From: Saprolegnia diclina VS20
Taxonomy: Eukaryota
Direction: 5' to 3'
DNA length: 64,000 nucleotides
NCBI RefSeq assembly: GCF_000281045.1
Contig: NW_008246122.1
Coordinates: 243,301 to 307,300 of the forward strand
Below are positions 34,580 through 47,245 of the stretch, piece after piece (position 1 is the stretch's first letter; every line of letters starts with the position of its first letter). The position numbers were made by a program, and so were the translations under genes. The notes beneath the pieces are model-generated. The model did no database searches and was not told the DNA's origin. It saw only the letters and a program-made list of their open reading frames with translations.

Positions 34580-35860
34580 ATGGCGATCGAGGGCGAGACG
34601 TTGACGTCGCCGTCCGCCGCCAGCCGCCCAACCAAGAAGCGCGCCGGGTACTACGCCGACCCGACGTCGCCCATTGCCTCGACGCCGCTCAAGCGCCAGC
34701 GCCTCGCCACGCCAGGTACACGCGGGCTGCATGACCATGGTGGCCAATGCATGCAGTAGCACCGGCAACATCGACGCCGACGGCCACCAAGCCCGCCGAC
34801 GATGCCGACGCGTGCACGCGCAAGCTTAACTTGGACGACGATGACGATGATGATTCGGACAGCGCGCCCGAGACGAGTGATCTCAACCTCTTTTCGCCAA
34901 CGCTCAAGGTCGACAAGAAGAGCGTCGCGCCACGCCCGCCAGCGGTTGTCGAAGTCGAAGTCGCCGACGAGGCGCCTGTCGAGGAAGCTGCCGATGACGC
35001 GACAGTCGAGCTCGAGTTCAATCCGTGCGTTTGCGCCATGGCTATCGCGATCCGACCGTTGAGGCTGTAGGTTTTACTTTATGAAGACGCTGCCTGCGTA
35101 CGAAGACGTCATGGACTTTGTCCGACCCGTCGCGCTGCCAAAGAAGGACGCATCGTCGCCCAAAGTCTGCCTCGTACGTTCCTCGATCGACGGCATCAAG
35201 TCTCATGCGCACTCCAGGTGCTCGACCTCGACGAGACGCTCGTGCATTGCTCGGTCGACGACGTGGCCGACGCCGATCTCAAGTTTCCCGTACGTCTTTG
35301 AGTTTCGAGATAATGTCTCATATGCACGACTAGATTGACTACAATGGGACCGAGTACACCGTGTCGGTCAAGAAGCGGCCGTACATGACGGAGTTTCTCG
35401 CCCAAGTGTCGGAGTGGTTTGAAGTGGTCGTCTTTACAGCGTCTCAGCGCGTGTACGCCGAGACGCTTCTCAACCTCTTGGATCCGTACGGGCAATACAT
35501 CAAGTGCGGCAGGTCTCTCCATTGTGGACAGATTGTCTTATGAAGTGTAGACACCGACTGTACCGCGACAACTGTCTGCCGGTCGAAGGCAACTACCTCA
35601 AGGACTTGAACGTGCTCGGCCGCGACTTGCGCCAAGTGCTTTTGATCGACAACTCGCCCCATGCGTTTGGGTACCAAGTGGACAATGGCATTCCGATCGA
35701 GAGCTGGTTCTATGACGAAGCCGACGACGAGCTCCTCAAGCTCCTCCCGTTTCTCGAGAGCCTTGTGCACGTCGACGACGTGCGGCCGATCGTTGCGCGG
35801 CAGTTCCAGATTCAGCGACTCATTGACACGGCGCAGCTCGAGGTCGATGCCGCCACGTAG
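34580..35860 (+). CDS. CTDSPL2: CTD small phosphatase-like (NIF/FCP1-SCP HAD phosphatase); multi-exon
   Basis: [59 protein letters not shown]. Confidence 0.85.
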
Positions 35861-36462
35861 GTTGTTTTAGTTAGATAGTACCCCATATATACACTCTACT
35901 GCTCGACGTTGATGCTACACACTCGTTGACTTCTCATTGGTGCAGTGCCACCACCGTGTGTAAAGCGGCTAAAGCCCGACGCGAATTCTGTTTACTTTCG
36001 ATGTAGATTGAAAAGGCTATCGAATGATCGTACAACGTCCATGACGTGGTGCTCTGTCCTGCGGCGCAGCGCAAACATACCATCATTGGCGCCAAGAATG
36101 ATGGTGGTTGTGGTACATCTATTGGACCGAGACGCTCGCCTGCTTCGGAAGGGAAGCAACTGTCGTGAAGGTGACGCAGTGGGCGTCCGAGGGCTGCCTC
36201 CTCGAGTAGCCGACGTGGGTGACGCTGCCGCCGTGTCGCGGTCGTCCCAGCGCATCGTCTTTGTATCCGTGCCGTCAACGTCCACGGCCACTCAATTGAG
36301 TTTCCGTTGCACCGATATCGACTATCTAAAACTCAATTTTCACGGTATTGAGTTTCAGGCGGTGACGCCGCGCCCGCTGATTGGCGGATATGGCATCATA
36401 GAAAGCGCGCCAAGGCCCGTCGCACCTACTAGTCATTGTTGCTTTGGCCGCATCGAAGAACG

Positions 36463-36738
36463 ATGGCGTCGCTCACCGTGTACACGATGGCCGAGGTTGC
36501 GGCCCACACGCAGATCGACGACTGCTGGATTATCGTCGGCGAGACAGGCGCCAAGAAGGTCTACGACGTCACCAAGTTCTCGGACGACCACCCCGGCGGC
36601 GCCGACTTCATTTTGAACCACGCTGGGAAGGACGCGACGTCGCTGTTTGAGCTATTTGGCCACTCGACGGACGCACGCAAGACGCTCGCCAAGTACCTCA
36701 TTGGCGTCCTCGACGAAGACGACGTTCCGGCGCCCTAG
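36463..36738 (+). CDS. Cytochrome b5 heme domain, no membrane anchor
   Basis: DCWIIV...KVYDVTKFSDDHPGG...AGKDATSLF...GHSTDAR. Confidence 0.85.
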   Translation: MASLTVYTMAEVAAHTQIDDCWIIVGETGAKKVYDVTKFSDDHPGGADFILNHAGKDATSLFELFGHSTDARKTLAKYLIGVLDEDDVPAP

Positions 36739-37171
36739 TTGTGTAGTTCGATTCGGTAACGTAGATGAATGATATGTATATGGATACGAACGATTGTTTT
36801 CGCCCCAATGCGAGCCCGGGTGTTGCTACGGCCGGCGTGACCTCGAGGTCGCGCGTGACGTTGGCATACAAAGCGCGGGCAGCATGACACCGTGGGCGAG
36901 ACTGTATTTGACGCGTGTCCCCGCCGCAACGGCGCAAGTTGATCGACGAGTAGTGTCCATCGTACGGGCTCGCACGCCATTCCTTGCTGTAGCGTACATA
37001 CTAGTACAATCCTGAACTAAACCTCGTGTCGAAAATGGCTCGAACCATCGGCTGATCGCGTGCGTCCCAAGCTGAAGCGACAGCAACGAGCAGCGCAAAA
37101 AAACGGATGTTTTGAAGCTCATCCGGCGCACGAGACTTTCACAGATTGCACTTTGCTCACTTTGCCGCAAC

Positions 37172-38638
37172 ATGACACCGTCCCTGACACCGGACGCCTT
37201 GGAGCATGTTGCTTCGTTCCTCGAGACGGCCGAGGCCATGGACGCCTTCCTCATTGCGATGCCAGAGACCGATCTCTCGACGGCCCTTCTGGATCTGCGT
37301 CACCTCGCGACGGCCGTCGAGTGGCGATACCTTTGGCCCCGCCTTCGTCTGCCCAAGGAGACGTACAAGGACTCGCAATTGCTCGGCCTTGTGCTCTCCG
37401 CGCTGCGGCTCTATCCGCAGGCTGGCATCTCGGTGCACGGCAACCAGGAATCCAACGGACTCCTGCCCAAGCTCGCGTGGCTGGGCCTCCACGACATGAC
37501 GCTCTTTCAACGCAGTATGACGCACGCTGTCGACGCACTCACGGCGCTTGAGATCCGCATCGATAGCAAGTGGACACCAGCCATGTTCTCGCGCCTGCAA
37601 GATGCCATGCGCGGCCTCCGTCGGCTGCGCCATCTCGACGTCATCTGCCCGCGCACACCGCAGAGCGTCGATCTCATCGCAGCACTGGCGACATCGCGCG
37701 CGACCAGCGTCGTGCTGACGTGCGTCACAGCCCCAAGGTGGCCAACGCCGCTCGCGAATGATTTTCTCGAGACGCTCACCCGCTGGCTGCAGACGTCGCC
37801 GCTGCGCCACGTGCATTTAGTGTCATTGACGCTCAAGCGTGCCGATGCCGCGAACTTTGCCGCCTTTTATGACGTCCTCTTGCAGTCACCGACGATCACC
37901 GCGCTGACGTTGCAGACGTGCGACGTTGCCACATACTGCCCAACTCGACTGCACACATCGCTGCCGCCGAATCTCACGTCGCTCAGCGTCCACAGCGACA
38001 CGGTCGTCCTCGCTGGCGCGCCGCGTTTGCAGCACCTGACGAGCCTCCGAGTGTCCATGCCCTGGAATTGGCCACTTGCCGCACCGCCGATGGCCGTGAC
38101 GACAATCGCGTCACTGCGCCATCTCAACGCGCTCACGCTGAAGAACATTGCTCTCGATGCGAACGACATCGCGGCACTGGCACCCGTCTTACGGCGTCTT
38201 GAGCGCCTCGTGCTCGATAGTAACATGGTCACTACCCGCGACGTCGCGGCATTGGCATCCGCGCTTGCAACGTCGACACGCCTGCGCCTTCTCAGCCTTT
38301 CGCAGCAGCGCCTTGACCACGAAGACGAGGATGAAGCGACCTTCGAAGGCCTCATGAACGCCTTGCCAGCGTCGCTCCGGGTCCTTAACCTCCATGACAA
38401 TATTAACACCCACCACGCGATGGCTCTCGTAAAACTGCTGCCGTCCTGGAGCCTCACCGTGCTCGACCTCTCGCACAACTACATCGACGAACGCGGCTTC
38501 GACGCGATCGCGAGCGTACTGCCGACCCTCCTGACGCTCCAGCGCGTCAATCTGGCGGGAAATTTGTGGGGCTCGTACGGCAACGACGTGCTCGCACGCT
38601 TGTCCCCAACGCTGCCGTCCTTGGCGCTGCATTACTAG
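37172..38638 (+). CDS. F-box-like / RNI-like leucine-rich repeat protein, copy B
   Basis: Near-identical to 20189-21700 over the first ~350 codons; divergent C-terminal LRRs. Confidence 0.8.
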   Translation: MTPSLTPDALEHVASFLETAEAMDAFLIAMPETDLSTALLDLRHLATAVEWRYLWPRLRLPKETYKDSQLLGLVLSALRLYPQAGISVHGNQESNGLLPKLAWLGLHDMTLFQRSMTHAVDALTALEIRIDSKWTPAMFSRLQDAMRGLRRLRHLDVICPRTPQSVDLIAALATSRATSVVLTCVTAPRWPTPLANDFLETLTRWLQTSPLRHVHLVSLTLKRADAANFAAFYDVLLQSPTITALTLQTCDVATYCPTRLHTSLPPNLTSLSVHSDTVVLAGAPRLQHLTSLRVSMPWNWPLAAPPMAVTTIASLRHLNALTLKNIALDANDIAALAPVLRRLERLVLDSNMVTTRDVAALASALATSTRLRLLSLSQQRLDHEDEDEATFEGLMNALPASLRVLNLHDNINTHHAMALVKLLPSWSLTVLDLSHNYIDERGFDAIASVLPTLLTLQRVNLAGNLWGSYGNDVLARLSPTLPSLALHY

Positions 38639-38853
38639 TCGCTTTGGCGACGACAAATAGAATTCTACTTTCATTTTGGGAGCTACAAGGTTACATCAGA
38701 TCTTATTTCGTCTTATTAAACGTAGGCGGGGGACGGTGGGTGGTTTGCAAACGCCAGCGCCTTGAACCGCTCCGATTCCGGGTCGAGCGCTGGCACCGGG
38801 ATGATGCTCTCCTATGGCATTAGTAGTACTGCAGCAAAATGAGTCGACAACTG

Positions 38854-39609
38854 TCATGCTGGAGCTACCTCGGCTGGCGCGGGGGGTAATGGCATCGCCT
38901 ACGCAGGGCCATTTCTCATCACTGTCATCATGACCACTCGAATACCAACCGAGCTTGCAATATACGGTGTGGGCAGGTCCGCCGCGCTGCAGCCCACGTC
39001 CAGTGGCACCGCCTAGCATAACAAAAAATCGCAAAATGACAGGCGAGGCGAGTACCATGGAGGCGTCAAACTCGGGGGCGGACGGCGCGCCAGCGTCGGG
39101 CACCGAGATCGAGTAGTGTTCGCAGCAAGTGACGCAAAACGAGTCTTCAAACTGATTCTCGGTGCCACACGAGACACACACCCACGCATAGCTCGCACTG
39201 TAGCTTCCATTCGCGACCGCTTGCGCAACAGGGACACCAATCGACGACGTCTCGGGCGCGGGTTGAAGCGTGTCCCACTCGCCCAGCACTTCTTCGAGCG
39301 CGAGCTTGAGGCGAATCGGGAGCTCCATCCTAACCAAGCGAGAGTGCGCCACGTCGGTCAAGCAACGCTGTACAGCTTCCACTGGGCTTCATTGGCAATC
39401 GCAACGCGAAGGTCGGCGGCGTGGGTAAACCAGTTGCGACTACACGTTAGGACGTTGAGAGGTTAGGTGAGCGAGGATTCGTACTCGGCGAGGTACGTCG
39501 TGATGCGCTCGACTTGCGCCGGGTTGGCGGGACCGTTGGCGAAGCGCTCGATCGCGGCTGTGACGACAAGCTTCGTCGGCATCTCGTCAGCGATCCGCCA
39601 GCAGCTCAT
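38854..39609 (-). CDS. Small protein with RanBP2-type zinc finger; multi-exon
   Basis: WVCVSCGTENQFEDSFCVTC (W-x-C-x2-C-x3-N-x6-C-x2-C). Spliced N-terminus NWFTHAADLR...WKLMELPIRLKLAL. Boundaries approximate. Confidence 0.6.
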
Positions 39610-40079
39610 TTGATCAACTAAAAATATGACGAGCGAAAACGCTTGCGATTCACACCATCGAAATGACGACCAACGACTCTATCCTGGATACTCGGTGGAT
39701 AGGGCGATAGGACAATTCTGTGCACAATGAAGACGCACAATCATGACACTGTTGGTAGGTGTCGGTGGCTACCTGGACGGGCAGACTACTGCTGCAGCAC
39801 GATGCGCGGTGGGAACGACGCGGTGACATGGTGCAGTGTGGCCTTCCTACGCCAGTGTTGGACTGCGGTGCCCGCTTCGGCGCCACGCTGAATCCATCGG
39901 CGTGCAGGATCCTACGAGACACACCGCCACCGCGGTACTGTGTCGTTGATCGCGTCGTCCGAGCGCGGCGACTGGACGCCGCTGACAACGGCCCCGGGCA
40001 GCACGCACGCATTCTGCGCCCATAACTTATTCGCGAGCTATTGAGTTCATCTATACTTTTTCATCATTATCATAATCGT

Positions 40080-40466
40080 CTAGTTGTTCATCTTGTACAG
40101 CAGCGCAAGAATGGCAATGATGATCGGGAAGAGGAACAGCGAGGTGTTGCCGCCCGACGTGCCGTTGGAGGCGGTGACGGCCTTGGCAGCGGCGGCCTTC
40201 TTGGGCTCTTCCTTGAGCGTACCAATGAGGTACTTGGCGAGCGCCTTGCGCGCATCGGTCGAGTGGCCAATGTCCTCAAACTCTTCGTTGGCGTCCTGAC
40301 CCGCGAGGTCGAGGATGATCTCCGGGCCGCCCGGGTGGTCGTCGAGGTACTTGGTGACGTCGTAGACCTTCTTGGCGCCGGCCTCGCCGACCACGATCCA
40401 GCAGTCCTCGGTCGTCTTGTGGGCCGCGACCTCGTCCACCGTGAACACCTTGAGCTCCTCTGCCAT
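40080..40466 (-). CDS. CYB5: Cytochrome b5, tail-anchored
   Basis: [19 protein letters not shown]...[19 protein letters not shown] plus C-terminal [17 protein letters not shown]. Confidence 0.92.
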   Translation of the reverse strand: MAEELKVFTVDEVAAHKTTEDCWIVVGEAGAKKVYDVTKYLDDHPGGPEIILDLAGQDANEEFEDIGHSTDARKALAKYLIGTLKEEPKKAAAAKAVTASNGTSGGNTSLFLFPIIIAILALLYKMNN

Positions 40467-40961
40467 GTTCGCCGCTTCTTGGAAAATGACACCTGGCGAC
40501 GTCGGGGCCAATGTGCAAATTCGCCGCTTTTCCGCCAATCAGCGACCGGTGACGACAGCACCCCAGACTCAATGACGAGGAGCCCATATGGGACGTGCAT
40601 AGATACGTCAAGGTATATTTCTCAAACTCAAACTCAATTGTTGCGAACATGACGTTGATGGCAGCACGCCATCGTAGCAAGGCCGTGCGTAACGCGGGAG
40701 AGATGCCAAGCACCCTTTTTGAGTTGGCGCGACAGGATACGGACGAAGAGCGATGGTCTTGAGCCATACCTGCGTCGCGTTGACGGGCTTCAACGCGAGG
40801 ATGACGATGCTAGAGCTTGAGCCGTTCGCAAGGCTTGCTAGCTAGTGATCCGTGCGCGGTGCTGCTGTCGGCTTCGCTCGCCTTCGCCGCGGTGTTGAGC
40901 CTCTCCTTCCATAAGACAGCAATGCCATCCGTTCATTCTCAACTCAACAGACTCATATCTG

Positions 40962-43067
40962 CTAGAGCATCGGGTGCCACACGCGCGTCGCGATCGGGTC
41001 GTCAGACGCCATCGGTTCGATCACGACAGGGTCCGCCACGTTGTACTGTGCGCAGTACGCAGCGTACTCGGCTACAGCCGCCTTGTCGCGCGTGGCGAGC
41101 GCTTGCTCGAGAAAGTACCGGCGCGGTGGCACATAGCACTTGAAGCCACACGTGTCGTGGTCGCAGAACGTCGTCGACTTGCCTCGACGAAGGCAGTTGG
41201 CGCAAAAATGGTAGGCAAAGGCGGGACAAGTGGAACACTCGAACCAAAGCCCTTGCATCGGCTGGCTGCAGCCAAAGCAGGATTCGTCGAGCCACACTTC
41301 CGTCTCGAGCTCGTTCTTGTCGAAGAAGGCGACGACCTTGGCCCACGCCTCGTCGCTCGTTGGGTTGTGCGCCGCAAAGGTCGGGTCGAGGAGGAACCGG
41401 TAGAACGCCGACGCCCCTTGGCTCGTGTCGGCGTCGCCCGGCGGCAAATGGGCCAGACACCACGCCAACGACATCTCTAAATAGTGCTTGGCACTGTCGT
41501 AGTCGCCTTTGGCCCAGTAGAGCGCGCCGAGCTGAAAGACCAAATGGATGTAGCGCTCGGGGGGCAGCGTCGACGCTCGGGCCCACAGCGGTTGAACGAT
41601 CGTCTCTGCCAATGCAAAGTCACCGAGGTAGTGGCACGCCACCGCCAGGTTCAAGAGCGCGGCCGTCGTTTGGTCGTGTAGCGGCCCATGAATTCGGGCT
41701 CGCACGGCGTTGGTCTCTTCAAACAGCGCCTTGGCCTCGGCGAGCTGGCCGCGGCGAAAGCAAATGATCCCGAGGTAGTCGCGCGTGTACACCGTGTCGG
41801 GGTGGTCCGACCCGAGAAGAGTGAGCTGCGCGCCCAAGCATTTGCGGAACCACGGAATGGCTTGGTCAAAGTCGTTGAGGTTGTAGCTGGACCTGCCAAG
41901 GATGGCCATGGTCGCGATCGTCAACGTGTGCAGCGGCCCGAGATGTACGAGCGACAAGGCATATGTCTCACAACAGACCGCATAGGCCTCTGCTGCGTGC
42001 TTGACGATGATCAGTGCGCGGGCGTAGGCATTCCGAACGTAGCAGACGGTCGCGGGTTCGAAGCCGTCCAGGGCCAAGAGATTTTCAAAGATTGGGCGCC
42101 ACGTGGTCTCTGGCTCGCCGACGCCGCAAGACGCCAAGCCCACGTGTGCAATGACGTGGACATAGTGGACATCGCGGACGTCGCTCGACCCGAAGAGCAA
42201 GCGGGCCCGACTCGCAGCTGACAAGACGGCGGGATAATCAAACTCGGTCGCGTGAATATTGGCCAGACAGAGATGACGGTGGGCTTCGTCTAGTGGCAAG
42301 AGACCCGATGCGATCTGCGCCGTCAGCGTCCGCTTCATCCAGTCCGAAATAGTCGAAAAGATGAGTCGGTCGACGGCCATGAACGACGTCTCGGCGCGAA
42401 TGAGCTCAAAGATGCCGTCGCGATCACTTGGCACCGTGGTCTCGGACGCCTCGCTCTTGATCGTCCCCAGCATATCCTTGAGCGCATCTGGACGAAGCAT
42501 ATCTTGAACGAGGAGCTCCAGTTGACCGGGTGCCATGGCCATCTCGAACCGCGCCTGCATCGTCACAGCCACGTACACCTCAAAGACGCACCAGCTCCTA
42601 CGCAAGACGACCGGGTCGTTCCACGGGTGCATGATCATGACGACGTTGCCGATAGCTGCGAGCTGCGTCTTGAACGTCGACGACCAGTACTCGAACAGGT
42701 ACGAATGCACAAGGTGCTGGTTGTTGTTGAAGACGCAAAACCAAAGGACGGCGTCGTCTGCCAAGCCTTGGTCGGCGAAGAAGGTGTCGAGGCTGTCGAC
42801 GGTCTCCAAGAAGAGGTACTGCCAGGCGTGCGAGACATAACAGTTGGCCTCAGACACAAAGTGGCGCATGGACGCATCACTGGCAAGATGGTCGACGAGC
42901 GAGAGCTCGGTCGACTTGGTCAATGGCACAATATAGTCGAAGCAGACTTGGGCCGTGGTGAGACCGTTGAGCTTCTTGCGACCGCCGCAGGCTTCGATGA
43001 GGTGGTGGAAGTAGCGCAGCGAGACGCCGAGCGGGCGCGACGAAGGCGCCGCCATGCCTGTACTCAT
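40962..43067 (-). CDS. HET/TIR-like domain - TPR array - ZZ-type Zn finger protein (intact)
   Basis: 701-aa ORF. YVSHAW, WFCVFNNNQH, RRSWCVFE; kinesin-light-chain-type TPRs (LGSDHPDT, GPLHDQT); CFGC...CSTC...CANC...CDH. Confidence 0.8.
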   Translation of the reverse strand: MSTGMAAPSSRPLGVSLRYFHHLIEACGGRKKLNGLTTAQVCFDYIVPLTKSTELSLVDHLASDASMRHFVSEANCYVSHAWQYLFLETVDSLDTFFADQGLADDAVLWFCVFNNNQHLVHSYLFEYWSSTFKTQLAAIGNVVMIMHPWNDPVVLRRSWCVFEVYVAVTMQARFEMAMAPGQLELLVQDMLRPDALKDMLGTIKSEASETTVPSDRDGIFELIRAETSFMAVDRLIFSTISDWMKRTLTAQIASGLLPLDEAHRHLCLANIHATEFDYPAVLSAASRARLLFGSSDVRDVHYVHVIAHVGLASCGVGEPETTWRPIFENLLALDGFEPATVCYVRNAYARALIIVKHAAEAYAVCCETYALSLVHLGPLHTLTIATMAILGRSSYNLNDFDQAIPWFRKCLGAQLTLLGSDHPDTVYTRDYLGIICFRRGQLAEAKALFEETNAVRARIHGPLHDQTTAALLNLAVACHYLGDFALAETIVQPLWARASTLPPERYIHLVFQLGALYWAKGDYDSAKHYLEMSLAWCLAHLPPGDADTSQGASAFYRFLLDPTFAAHNPTSDEAWAKVVAFFDKNELETEVWLDESCFGCSQPMQGLWFECSTCPAFAYHFCANCLRRGKSTTFCDHDTCGFKCYVPPRRYFLEQALATRDKAAVAEYAAYCAQYNVADPVVIEPMASDDPIATRVWHPML

Positions 43068-43696
43068 CGCCCAACAACGCGAATTATACTGTCACCACCT
43101 CAATAACCGAGATTTGTTATAGTTCCAACCAATCAGAGATGACTTTCCACACCCTAGTTCGTGCAGTATATGGAACTGGTGGTCTTCGCCGCTGTTGCCG
43201 AGAAGCAACGTCGGACATCATCGTCGTGCATACTGGACGCGTTGATTCAACGCCCGAAGAGGTTCGCAAGTCCAGTGTATTTGTCGAGGTGACAGAGCCC
43301 ATCGGGAGCCAGGTGCTTGTGTTGTGTGCTCGAATATATGCTTATAACCTCATTTGCAAGCATGAACACGCATTATAACTGCAGCACCACAGCAATGAAC
43401 ATCCCAACCGGAGCTGCCATGATCGTGAGTGGCGAGGCAAATGTGGCACGAGTACCGCCGTCTCGGCACCGCAACTGTGAAGAGAGCGTTTGCTCGGTGC
43501 TACAGCGACGACGATCAATGCACCCGTGTTGCAGCAGACGCCTGTGCTAAAGTCTGGGATTTCATTGGTCCATATAAATACAATGCGCCAATCATATCGC
43601 CCGGTTCCAATCCTGTCACCCAATGGCCTTCTCGCTAGGATCCAAAACGCAATCTATTTTCGCTGCATTATCGGTTGAGCCCATTTCGAGAGAGCC

Positions 43697-45638
43697 ATGC
43701 CCAGCGGGTACCTCGAGAAGCAAGCGGCGGTCCCGATGATGCTTCGCCGCCATGGCGACGTCACGCCCAAGCCGCGCGGCCACGCGCTCGGCCAGCACAC
43801 GCCAGCGTACGTCTACGTGCGCGAGCTCGAGGTGCCAGCGCCGTCAATGGCGCCGATCACGGTCTTTGACAGCTCCAAGTCCAAGGTGCCCAACTTCATC
43901 GCACTCGACAAGAAGGTGCTGCGCTTCGAAGGCTACTTTCTCGAGGCTGTCCACGAGAGCAACCTCGAGAACTACCGCGTCCGCAAGTGCATTATCCTCT
44001 ACTACCTCGAGGACGACACGATCCAGATCATTGAGCCCAAGGTCGAGAATAGTGGCATTCTCCAAGGCAACTTTGTCAAGCGCCACAAAATTCCCAAGCC
44101 CGAGTCGGACGAGCAGGGCGACATGACCTACTACACCCACGACGACTTGGAGATTGGCGCCGAAGTTACGTTCTACGGCCGCACCTTCCACGTGCAGTCG
44201 GCCGACAAGTTTACGATGGACTATCTCCAAGAGCACGGGCGGCGCCAGCGCCGGGACCTCGTGACGCCGCGGGACGCGTACACGGAGGCCCGGAAGGCGC
44301 ACATGGCGCGCGAGTCGGGCACCGACATGGACGCCAACTACGGCAAGAAGCAGTATCCGATGAAAGAGTTTATGGAGGCGAGTCTTGGCAAGTTTGCACG
44401 GCCAACCGACCACCGCAAGCGCTTCAACGACCACGACCGCCACGTGCTCCGGTGGTTTGCGCTCTGGGACGACACGTCCAAGCTCTACGGCACCAAGCAT
44501 CGGTACATATCTGTTCATTCTGAATGCGTTTCACCGGCGCTTAGATACACGATTCATTTCTTCTTGGCCGACAATACCGTCGAGATCCGCGAATCGTACG
44601 AGCGCAACTCGGGCTGCGACCCGTTCCCAAAGCTGCTCAACCGCAGCCGCCTCTTGCTGCAGCCAAAACTCGAGGGACCATTTGCCACGGCGCTCTCGCC
44701 CTCGGACGAACGGACGCCAGAAGGCGACTTTTTCAGCTGGGAACACCTCTTTGTTGGGAGCTACATCAACATTTACAACCGCAACATCTTGCTCTTGGAT
44801 GCGGACGAGAGCACGCGCGAGTGGTACATTGACCCTACCCCTCGCCCTCCCAACAACATACAATGCAATGCTCTAGGTACAAGGACCACGGGATCAACGT
44901 TGGGCCGGCCTTGGTCGTCCAAGAAACCAAGCCCAAGCCGCCAGCATTTGTACCGCCGCCGCACAACGGCATGGGCTCGGACATTGACTCGCTCGGGTCG
45001 TGCTACCATCTCACGCCAAAGCCACACCGCAAGTCGATGGAGGAGACAGACAACAAGATCATTTTGCGCTTTTGCGCAGCCATGGACACGACAAAGCCCG
45101 AGGACGTGCACCGGCGGTTCATTGTGAGCTTTATGATCTGCGACCTCTCGGTCATGATCATGGAGCCGCCCCAGCGCAACAGCGGCATTGGTGGCGGCAA
45201 GTTCATGGAGCGCGGCGTGCACAAAAACCCACTCACGGGCGCGTTTTTTCAAAAACCCGACTTTTACGTCGGCGCCCGCATCCACCTCGTGGGCCGTGTC
45301 TTCCTTCTCGACAACATGGACGAGTACTCGGCCAAGTACATGGAGACCAACGTCATCGACTTTCCTTTTGCGGACCGCAAGAAGGTGACCGCCAAGATCT
45401 TAGCCGCGCTGCGCGCAACCCCAACCCTTGTGGCCAAGGTAGTACTTTGATGCGATGGAGAGATACAGTGGTAACGCGGACGTAGGTGCGCGGACAGAAG
45501 GAGCTGAGTGTGGCCGAGGCGACCCACTGGCTTCTGGGTTTGGATGTGGTCCACCATGAAGTTATTGCGTTCGTTCGCGCCTTTATGAGCGACGAAGGAC
45601 ACTTGGACGTGGCTCAGGTCCTCGCCCAGCTGCAATAA
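43697..45638 (+). CDS. EFHC1: EFHC1/Rib72-like axonemal protein, three DM10 domains; multi-exon
   Basis: DKKVLRFEGYFLEAV...YYLEDDTIQIIEP..NSGILQG; second DM10 VLRWFALWDD...FFLADNTVEIRE; third ILRFCA...RRFIVSF...EPPQRNSGI.GGKFMER. Confidence 0.85.
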
Positions 45639-46087
45639 GTTTGGAGTAGATGCTATACATTCGAATACAAATTACGACTTTAGACGAGCACTCGACATGA
45701 GTACTACTCTTTTTGTCTGCACAGTGGCGTGTACCACTGTATATTTTAGCGGACAGGGAGCCATCGAGCTGAAGCAACGCGTGAAGATAATGAGCGGCTG
45801 CTCGCCTCATTTGTTGTGGAGACGAGATCCCAAAGGTTCCTGGAGTATTGACCCATGCCGGAGTGGTGGCTAGGCCTCTCTGTGACTAACGTGGGCCTGT
45901 TGAATCGAAGAAAAGACGGACGAACAGTTCGATAGTGGCGATCTTGTGACGGCGCTTTTGCTAACCTGCGTCCTACGCTTGTATGCATTTTATTGCGATG
46001 TACCTTGTCAAAGTCGGCAACACATTCCGGGTTGAGATTCAGATCTCAGACGCCGACACGTTGACATCTGCCAGTTAGCTCTGCCAG

Positions 46088-47055
46088 TTGTGTGCTCGGC
46101 ATCTCCAGCTACAAGCTCTATGACTATGACCAAGCAATGCACTGGTTCCGCAAGTGCTTGGGCGCGCAGCTCTCGCTTCTCGGAATAGACCACCCGAGCA
46201 CGGTGTACACGCGCGACTACCTCGCAATGATCTGCTTCAAGCGCGGCCAACTTGTCGAGGCCAAGACGCTGTTTGAGGAGACGAGCGATGTGCAGGAGCG
46301 CATGTATGGCCCATTGCACAACAGCAGATGGTTGCATCATTCAACCTCGGTTTGACATACCGCTTCCTTGGCGACTACGCAGCGGCCGAGGCGCTCTGGC
46401 TTCCGATCTGGGACCAGTTCCAGAAGAGTCCACCCGCGCCAGGGCAGTACATCCACTTGCTCTTTCTGCTTGCGCAGCTCTACTGGTCCAAGGGCGACTA
46501 CGTCCTCGGGAAGCAGTACTTGCTCGACAACTTGGCGTGGTGTCTGGCCCATTTGCCGCCGGGCGACGCCGACACGAGCCAAGGGGCGTCGGCGCTCTAC
46601 CGGTTCCTCCTCGACCCGACCTTTGCGGCGCACAACCCCGCAAGTGACGAGGCGTGGGCCAAGGTCGTCGTCGCCTTCTTCGCCAAGAACGAGCTCGAGA
46701 CGGAAGTGTGGCAAGACGAAACCTGCTTTGGCTGCAGCCAGCCGATGCAAGCAAGGGCTTTGGTTCGAGTGTTCCACTTGTCCCGCCTTTGCCTACCATT
46801 TTTGCGCCAACTGCCTGCGTCAAGGCAAGTCGACGACGTTCTGCGACCACGCCACCTGCAGCTTCAAGTGCTACGTGCCACCACGCCGGTACCTTCTCGA
46901 GCAAGCTGGTCGCCAGTGCGACGGATCAAGCGACAGCGACCTTGTGGCGCGACTACCAGACGTACTGCACTGCCAACAAGGTCCCGGTCGACGAGCAAGC
47001 GGCCTTTGCCAGCTACGCGCCGATCGCAACGCGCACCTGGCACCCGATGTTGTAA
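46088..47055 (+). pseudogene. 3' half of a TPR-ZZ family gene with frameshifts
   Basis: Matches the C-terminal half of 59434-61554. Indels near 46327 (-1), 46665 (+3), 46750 (+4) and 46905 (-2). Confidence 0.8.
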
Positions 47056-47145
47056 CTTCACTCATCCAACCCTATTCCGCGTTCCAACCTAGCCCTGTGC
47101 AGATGCATCCTCGTCGGCGTTGGCCATGTTCGAAGGGTAGAGATG

Positions 47146-47245
47146 NNNNNNNNNNNNNNNNNNNNNNNNNNNNNNNNNNNNNNNNNNNNNNNNNNNNNNN
47201 NNNNNNNNNNNNNNNNNNNNNNNNNNNNNNNNNNNNNNNNNNNNN
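47146..47245. other. Assembly gap (100 N)
   Basis: Run of N. Confidence 1.

Noticed and set aside
35992..36291. TIILGANDG resembles SGNH hydrolase block III
   Set aside because: No GDS or DxxH motif and no host-like codon bias.
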